In this document: in pieces, positions 58,410-64,000 of the stretch
Numbering within the stretch: position 1 is the stretch's first letter
How the letters are laid out: the number at the start of each line of letters is the position of its first letter
DNA from: a candidate division FCPU426 bacterium
GTDB taxonomy: Bacteria; Oederibacteriota; Muellerivitia; Muellerivitales; Muellerivitaceae
NCBI GenBank assembly: GCA_963771075.1
Contig: CAVYSE010000018.1
Location: 128,001 to 192,000, forward strand
Length of the DNA: 64,000 nt
Direction of reading: 5' to 3'
The notes under the pieces: generated by a model
What the model was told of the DNA's origin: nothing
The model's database searches: none
The model's input: the letters and a program-made list of their open reading frames with translations, nothing else
Position numbers and translations under genes: made by a program

Positions 58410-61400
58410 TTAGAAATTTATCGCTTCGGCGGTTCCTAACAATACTTTTAACTCTTTTTCCCAACCCTTGCCGCCGGTACGGACCGCTAATTCTTCGGCC
58501 ATGTGCCGGGGTTTCACCCCCAACCCGGCGTTACGTCCAAGGCCCTGCAGGCAACTGGGGCAATTGGTGAGCATCACGTTGTCATTTTTTCGGCCTTCAA
58601 GGGCCTTTTTCACCGAAATCGTCTTTTTATCCAGCATGTTATAGGCGATATCGGGGCGACTCATGGCCAAGGTCCCGGCTTCCGAACAGCAATGGTCCAC
58701 GGGTGTCAGCTTCAGATCGAACCCCTTTTTGAAAAAGGCCTTGGCGGTCCCGTCGAAAGAGTCGTGGCAGGGCTTGTGGTAAAGGTAATCGCCCCCCGGC
58801 TTCATCTTGAGCCCGTTGGCCAAGGCGAACTTGCTCACATCCTCCATGGGGGCCTTGAAAATTTCTTCAGTGCCCATGGTATGCAGGGCTTCCTTGCAGG
58901 TTCCGCAAGAAACCACGCAAGCGTCGAAACTCAAGTGCCGCAGCATCTCTCGGATCTGGCTGAAAATGATGGTGTCGCCCAGAACTCTTCGGTCGTTTTC
59001 GGCCACCTGGGCGTTGACGTTGATGGGGAAACCGCAGCAAAGAAAAGGCGGGGGAAGTACGACCCTTATCCCGGCCTTTAACAATAAATAAAGCGAGGCT
59101 TTACCGACGTTGGAGTACAACCTTTCCGACCCGCAGCCGGGAAAGTAGAACACGGTTTTGGTGGTTTCGCCCCCTCCGTTGGAGGCCTTGGAGGGATCTA
59201 TGACCAGGGCTTGGTGTAGTTCCAAATCGGGCAGAATGGAATGAAGGGTACCTTGCCCAGGGGCGGGCATGGGGTTTCGAAGCATGTTGAAAGGCCAAAC
59301 CGCCTTCCAGTTTTTGGTGTTGGGAATCCATTTCAAGACCTGGGCCCCCACACGCTGAAAGAAAAGGCCCCACACCAGAATCACCTGGCGGAAGAGGGCG
59401 TTATAAATCCGGCTTCGGCTCTTGAGGTAGCCCAGCGACAATTGGGTGGCGATGGCCGTATGCTTGTATTTTCGGGCGGCGAGGATGCGCCGTTCCAATA
59501 TGGAAATTTCGCCCGTGTCGATATCCACCGGGCAGGGCTTCAGGCATTTGTGGCAGATGGTGCAATGGTCGGCGATCTCTTCCAGTTCCTTCAAAAACTC
59601 GAACCGGGTCGAGCGGGCCCGCTGGGCGTCATAAAGAAGAGCCTCGATGATCGCGCCGATGGCCAGGTTCTTATTCCGGGGATGGAAGAACATGTTCTTG
59701 CCCGGATGGAAGACGCAGCAATCGGGTTTGCACTTGCCGCACCGAACGCACTTGGAGATCTTGTCCGCCAGCTCGAATAGGGAATCGTTCTGCAAGATGC
59801 GGGCTTCCAGTTCCAACAAGTTGAAGGAAGGGGTGAAAACCCGGTCGGGAACGGACATGTCTGAAAGCTTGCCTGGGTTCATGAGTCCCTGGGGGTCTAC
59901 CTGGCTCCGATAGGCTTCCAGGGCGGATAAAAAGTCCTTGTCCAGGTGTTTCAACTTGGTGATGCCGATGCCATGCTCGCCGGATACAACCCCGCCCAGC
60001 TCGACCACATGGCGCATGACGGTATCGGCGGTATCGAAGGCGCGCTTGAGCATTTCACGGTCGTTGGAAAAAACCGGGATATTCACGTGCACGTTGCCGT
60101 CGCCCGCGTGCATGTGGGTGGCGATGACGATGAGGCGCGAGCGGGTTTCCTTGTATAGCTTCTCCACCTCCGTACAGGCCTCGGCATAGCCCCGGAAAAG
60201 CTCCAAAAGGGAATTTTTGAGCTCTTGGGCACTTAAACCCTCGCGGGCCGACTTGGCGTCGGAGGATTGGATTTTCTCCCGCGCCTTCGCGCAGAGGTTC
60301 CTGGCGGCCGTTCCCTTGGCCGCCAAGCGTTCCGCGTCCTCGGAATCCCCGGAAAAGTCCAGCCATTCCAGGATTTCCTCAACGAACCGGTTCTGGTTAT
60401 GGCGTCCTTCCTCAATGTTATAGGCGTCGATGTAACGGGCGAAACCCGCCAGGGCTTCCAGGGGAAGCACGATATCTTCGTTCAGTTTGAAGGCGTTGGT
60501 GTGGCGGCTGATGGCTCCCAGGCGTTTGCGGTCCGCCCAGAATTTGACCCCCTCCTGGTCGTCGCGGGCCAAAAAGATTTCCGTGTTGGGGTAGCGGTCC
60601 ACGAGGGCCTGGAGGCGGTCGAGGCCTTTCTTGAGGTCATCCAAGCTGGTGCGCCACGATGTCGATCAGCAAGACGGCCTTGGGGAGGCTCCCGCGGGTA
60701 GCCTTGACCTTGTAACCGATGGCCCGCACATACTCCTCGTCGAAATGTTCCAGGGCCAGCAGGGTTTCCTTGCCCTTGTTCTCGAACTCCCGGGAAAGGT
60801 CCAAAATGACCTTGCCGGCCTCATCCATGTTCTCACCGAAAAATTCCAGGCAGGCGGTGCGCTGATACTCATAGGCGGGATAGAGCACGAAAACCGCCGA
60901 TGTGATAACCCCATCGGTGCCCTCCTTTTGGAGGCCCGGGAGGCCCTTGAGGGCCTTGTTGGTGATGTCTTTCCAGACCCCTTTTTTGCGGATCTCCTCG
61001 CCCGTCAGTTCCACGGTGCGCAAAAGGTCATTGGTTTCCCCATCGCGGATCAAAAAGACGACCTTGTCCGAATGGAGGATCTTGCGCAGGGGATGGTGTT
61101 TGCGCTTGACGCGGACGGTTTTGCCCTCCGGCAGGGCCATGCGGAAGGAAAGCACGTTGTCGATGGCGGTGCCCCAGAGTACGGCCGTCTTGCCCCCTGC
61201 GTTCTCCGACAGGTTGCCCCCGATCGTGGAAGCCCAGGCGCTGGTGGGGTCGGTGGCGAAAACCCATCCGATCTTGGAGGCGGCGTGCATGGCGTCCTCG
61301 GTGACCACCCCCGCCTCGACCTTCATGATCTTTCCGGGCCGGGTGCCATCCCCTCCCTCGCGCAGGAATTCCTTGTCTTCGATTGAAAGGATGCGGTTGA

Positions 61401-62052
61401 GCTTTTCCAGGTTGACCATGACGCAATTTTCGGCCACCGGTACCGCGCCCCCGGTCAGGCCGGTGCCGGCCCCCCGGGGAATGGCCTTCAGGCCCAGTTT
61501 TTGGATGGCGACGAGGAGGGGAGCGACTTCCTTTTCCTCGGAGGGAAAGACCACCACGAGGGGGGTATTGAGCCGCCAGTCGGTGGCGTCGGTAACGTGG
61601 CTGATCAGGCTGAAGGGATCAAAAAGGACGTTTTCCTCACCTACCACGGCGCCCAGGACCCGGCGGATGCGGGACCGCCGTTCCTTCGCGACCGTCAATT
61701 CGATCCTTAACCGGTCCAGGTAATCCTGGCATTGCTGGAGGATCCAGAGGACATCGGTGTCCCCGCCGGAATTTTTGGCCAGCACATCGAGATCCGCCTG
61801 GTAAGCGCCTAAATATTCCCTGCGCGAGGAGGCTGAATCGACCATTTCCTGGAAAAGAAATGGGTTGCGGCGCAGGATAAACATGTCGCCGATGAAGCGC
61901 ATCAAAAGGCGGGAAGAACGCCCCGTCACCCGGCGCGCCCTCAGGCTCTCGAGCTTTTGCCAGACCTCATCGCCAAAAAGGTTACGGACAACCTGGCTGT
62001 CCTCGGCCGAAGTGTAGTTATAAGGAATTTCCCTGCGGATTTGGGTTTTCAC
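58410..62052 (-). CDS. Large FAD-linked / 4Fe-4S / CCG-domain oxidoreductase (DUF3683-type), frameshifted near 60648
   Basis: REIPYNYTS, PRGAGTGLTGG, HAGDGNVH, SGEHGIG, CVRCGKC, CTICHKC, HKPCH; GGAGG RBS before GTG 62052. Confidence 0.87.
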
Positions 62053-62335
62053 GGGGCTTCCCTCCGATAGGATGCCGTCATCTTCAGGGAAAAAGCCGCG
62101 TGAGGATATGACAGCAGTCATGTTAATTGGGGGAATTGATCGGGAAAAAGCTAAAATGAAGCATGGGCAAGAATGGAGTGACCATTTACTTATAAGGATA
62201 CAAAGACAAGAAGCGGCAATTAGGATTAAAATTTTAAGGCTTACTGAAAATTTTTTTGGTTTATTCCAGCGATGTGATTTTTCCCCTGTGTCTTTGGGAC
62301 AACGTGGTGAAATCTTTGCCTTTGGGAGATGAAAA

Positions 62336-63403
62336 ATGCCCCATTTATTTGAACCCCTGAAACTCAGGGACATCAACCTGAAAAACCGCATCGGGGTTTC
62401 CCCCATGTGCGAGTATTCCAGCCAGGACGGTTTCGCCAACGATTGGCACCTGGTTCACCTGGGTTCCCGCGCGGTGGGCGGGGCGGGGTTGATCCTGACC
62501 GAGGCCACGGCCGTGGAGCCGGAGGGTCGCATCAGCCCGGATGACCTGGGCCTTTGGAAGGACGAGCATATCGAAAAGCTTGCCCGGATTGCCGCCTTTG
62601 TGAAATCACATGGATCGGTCTTGGGAATGCAGCTGGCCCACGCAGGCCGGAAAGCCTCGACCTACGGTTCCGGAAAGGGAACCGGTTATGTCCCGGGTGC
62701 GGAGGGAGGGTGGACCCCCCTCGCCCCCAGCGCGATCCCCTTCGATGAAAAGGCTCCCACGCCCCAGGCGCTGGACGAGAAAAGGATTGTTCAGATCGCG
62801 GAAAATTTCCGCAAGGCGGCCCGGAGGGCCCATGAAGCCGGTTTGGAGGTGCTGGAAATCCACGCCGCCCACGGCTATTTGATCCACGAGTTTTTGTCCC
62901 CCATCAGCAACCGAAGGAACGACGGCTACGGAGGGCCCTTTGATAACCGCACCCGTTTTTTGAAGGAGGTTGTGGCGGGAGTAAGGGAAACCTGGCCTGA
63001 ATCCAAGCCTCTCATCGTTCGTTTGTCCGTGACCGATTGGATGGAACCGGACGGCTGGACCCAGGATCAATCGGTGGCCCTGGCCAAAAACCTTTTAAAA
63101 ATAGGCGTGGACTTGATCGATTGCTCCTCGGGCGGGTTGATACCGGGGGTCAAGATCCCGATAGGTCCGGGATACCAAACTTCCTTGGCGGAAAAGGTGA
63201 AAAAAGAGGGAGGGATTCCCACGGGAGCGGTGGGAATGATCACATCGGCAACCCAGGCGGACCATATCCTTCGAAGCGGCCAAGCGGACATGGTTTTCAT
63301 CGCGAGGGAATTCTTGAGAGACCCCTATTTCCCCCTTCACGCCGCGAGGGAGTTGGGCCATGAAGTCGCCTGGCCGATCCAGTACGAGCGGGCGAAAAGG
63401 TAA
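62336..63403 (+). CDS. NADH:flavin oxidoreductase (Old Yellow Enzyme, YqjM/NamA type)
   Basis: SPMCEYS, QLAHAGRKAS, HAAHGYL, R.DGYGG, QYER. Confidence 0.94.
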   Translation: MPHLFEPLKLRDINLKNRIGVSPMCEYSSQDGFANDWHLVHLGSRAVGGAGLILTEATAVEPEGRISPDDLGLWKDEHIEKLARIAAFVKSHGSVLGMQLAHAGRKASTYGSGKGTGYVPGAEGGWTPLAPSAIPFDEKAPTPQALDEKRIVQIAENFRKAARRAHEAGLEVLEIHAAHGYLIHEFLSPISNRRNDGYGGPFDNRTRFLKEVVAGVRETWPESKPLIVRLSVTDWMEPDGWTQDQSVALAKNLLKIGVDLIDCSSGGLIPGVKIPIGPGYQTSLAEKVKKEGGIPTGAVGMITSATQADHILRSGQADMVFIAREFLRDPYFPLHAARELGHEVAWPIQYERAKR

Positions 63404-63481
63404 AACCGCCGGAAGGAATGATTTTCCCCCCTTTAACTGCCATAATGTCCGGGTTTTCCATATGAAAACCCGGAACAAGAG

Positions 63482-64000
63482 TTGAAATCCAATCCCTCAA
63501 ACCCCATCCGCCGCGCCTGGCTTTTCATGGGCGCATTCCTTCTTATAAACACACTTCTTTCCTACCTTCCCTTGGGCCAATGGACCAAGTTCGCATGTGT
63601 TCTCGCCTTAGGGATCCTATTGATTCTGGGGTTACGTCTTAACCCGGCGGGGGCGGGGGAAACCGTAAGTCCCGGCGATTTTCGCGTTCCCCGATGGCTT
63701 TGGCTTATCGTGGCCCTATTGGCCCTGTGGTTTAGGTTTTCATTGTTGACCACTTACGAGGGTTGGCCCGGGGGGGATGAATCCCTGCAGGGCCTGTTCG
63801 CCATCGAGTTGAACCGTCATTGGTCCTGGCAGATCTTTTATTACACGGGACAGCATCCCGGTTTGTGGCTATGGATTCTCCGCTTCATTTACCCTTTTTC
63901 CGCACAAGCCACCTTCAACTTTTGGTTCATGCCGGCCTTGGTTTCGGTCTTCTTTGTTTTGGTCTCGGCCCGGGCGGCGCTCAAGGTTTTTCCCAAGGGA
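63482..64000 (+). CDS. GT-C (ArnT/PMT-like) membrane glycosyltransferase, partial
   Basis: Frame open from TTG 63482 to the window end; TMs followed by WPGGDE and HPGL. Absent from the ORF track because it has no stop in the window. Confidence 0.65.
   Translation, partial: MKSNPSNPIRRAWLFMGAFLLINTLLSYLPLGQWTKFACVLALGILLILGLRLNPAGAGETVSPGDFRVPRWLWLIVALLALWFRFSLLTTYEGWPGGDESLQGLFAIELNRHWSWQIFYYTGQHPGLWLWILRFIYPFSAQATFNFWFMPALVSVFFVLVSARAALKVFPKG

Overview
Bacterial chromosomal window, about 50-58% GC by eye, from a diderm organism. The Thr/Pro-rich, FlgD-Ig/T9SS-CTD-tailed proteins suggest an FCPU426/Goldbacteria-like candidate lineage (inference only). Contents in order: beta-oxidation genes and a patatin; CIRCE-controlled groES-groEL; a DUF58-BatA-BatB-BatC-BatD-MoxR operon interrupted by a GxxExxY nuclease gene; yicC-gmk-rpoZ-coaBC...udg; three secreted proteins with the same C-terminal sorting-like domain, two of them directly followed by a PorV-like barrel gene; a partner-switching module (RsbW-HAMP-PP2C-HTH fusion, STAS, TPR); gltX and tRNA-Gln; then mixed genes, including an apparently exported isoaspartyl-methyltransferase operon. 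Main observations: (1) the GxxExxY gene sits inside a perfect 17-bp inverted repeat, and empty or one-ended copies with co-varying, 8-nt-periodic ends occupy several intergenic gaps, suggesting a nuclease/MITE-like mobile family; (2) a second family of 7-nt-periodic intergenic palindromes; (3) a coupled operon linking a 2507-aa repeat surface protein, a PorV-TPR barrel and a membrane kinase/phosphatase/HTH protein, a candidate trans-envelope signalling system; (4) an exported PIMT + membrane spermidine-synthase-like protein + double alpha/beta hydrolase operon. Several 1-nt frameshifts between 39.9 and 60.7 kb are probably sequencing errors. All family calls come from reading motifs; no searches were run.
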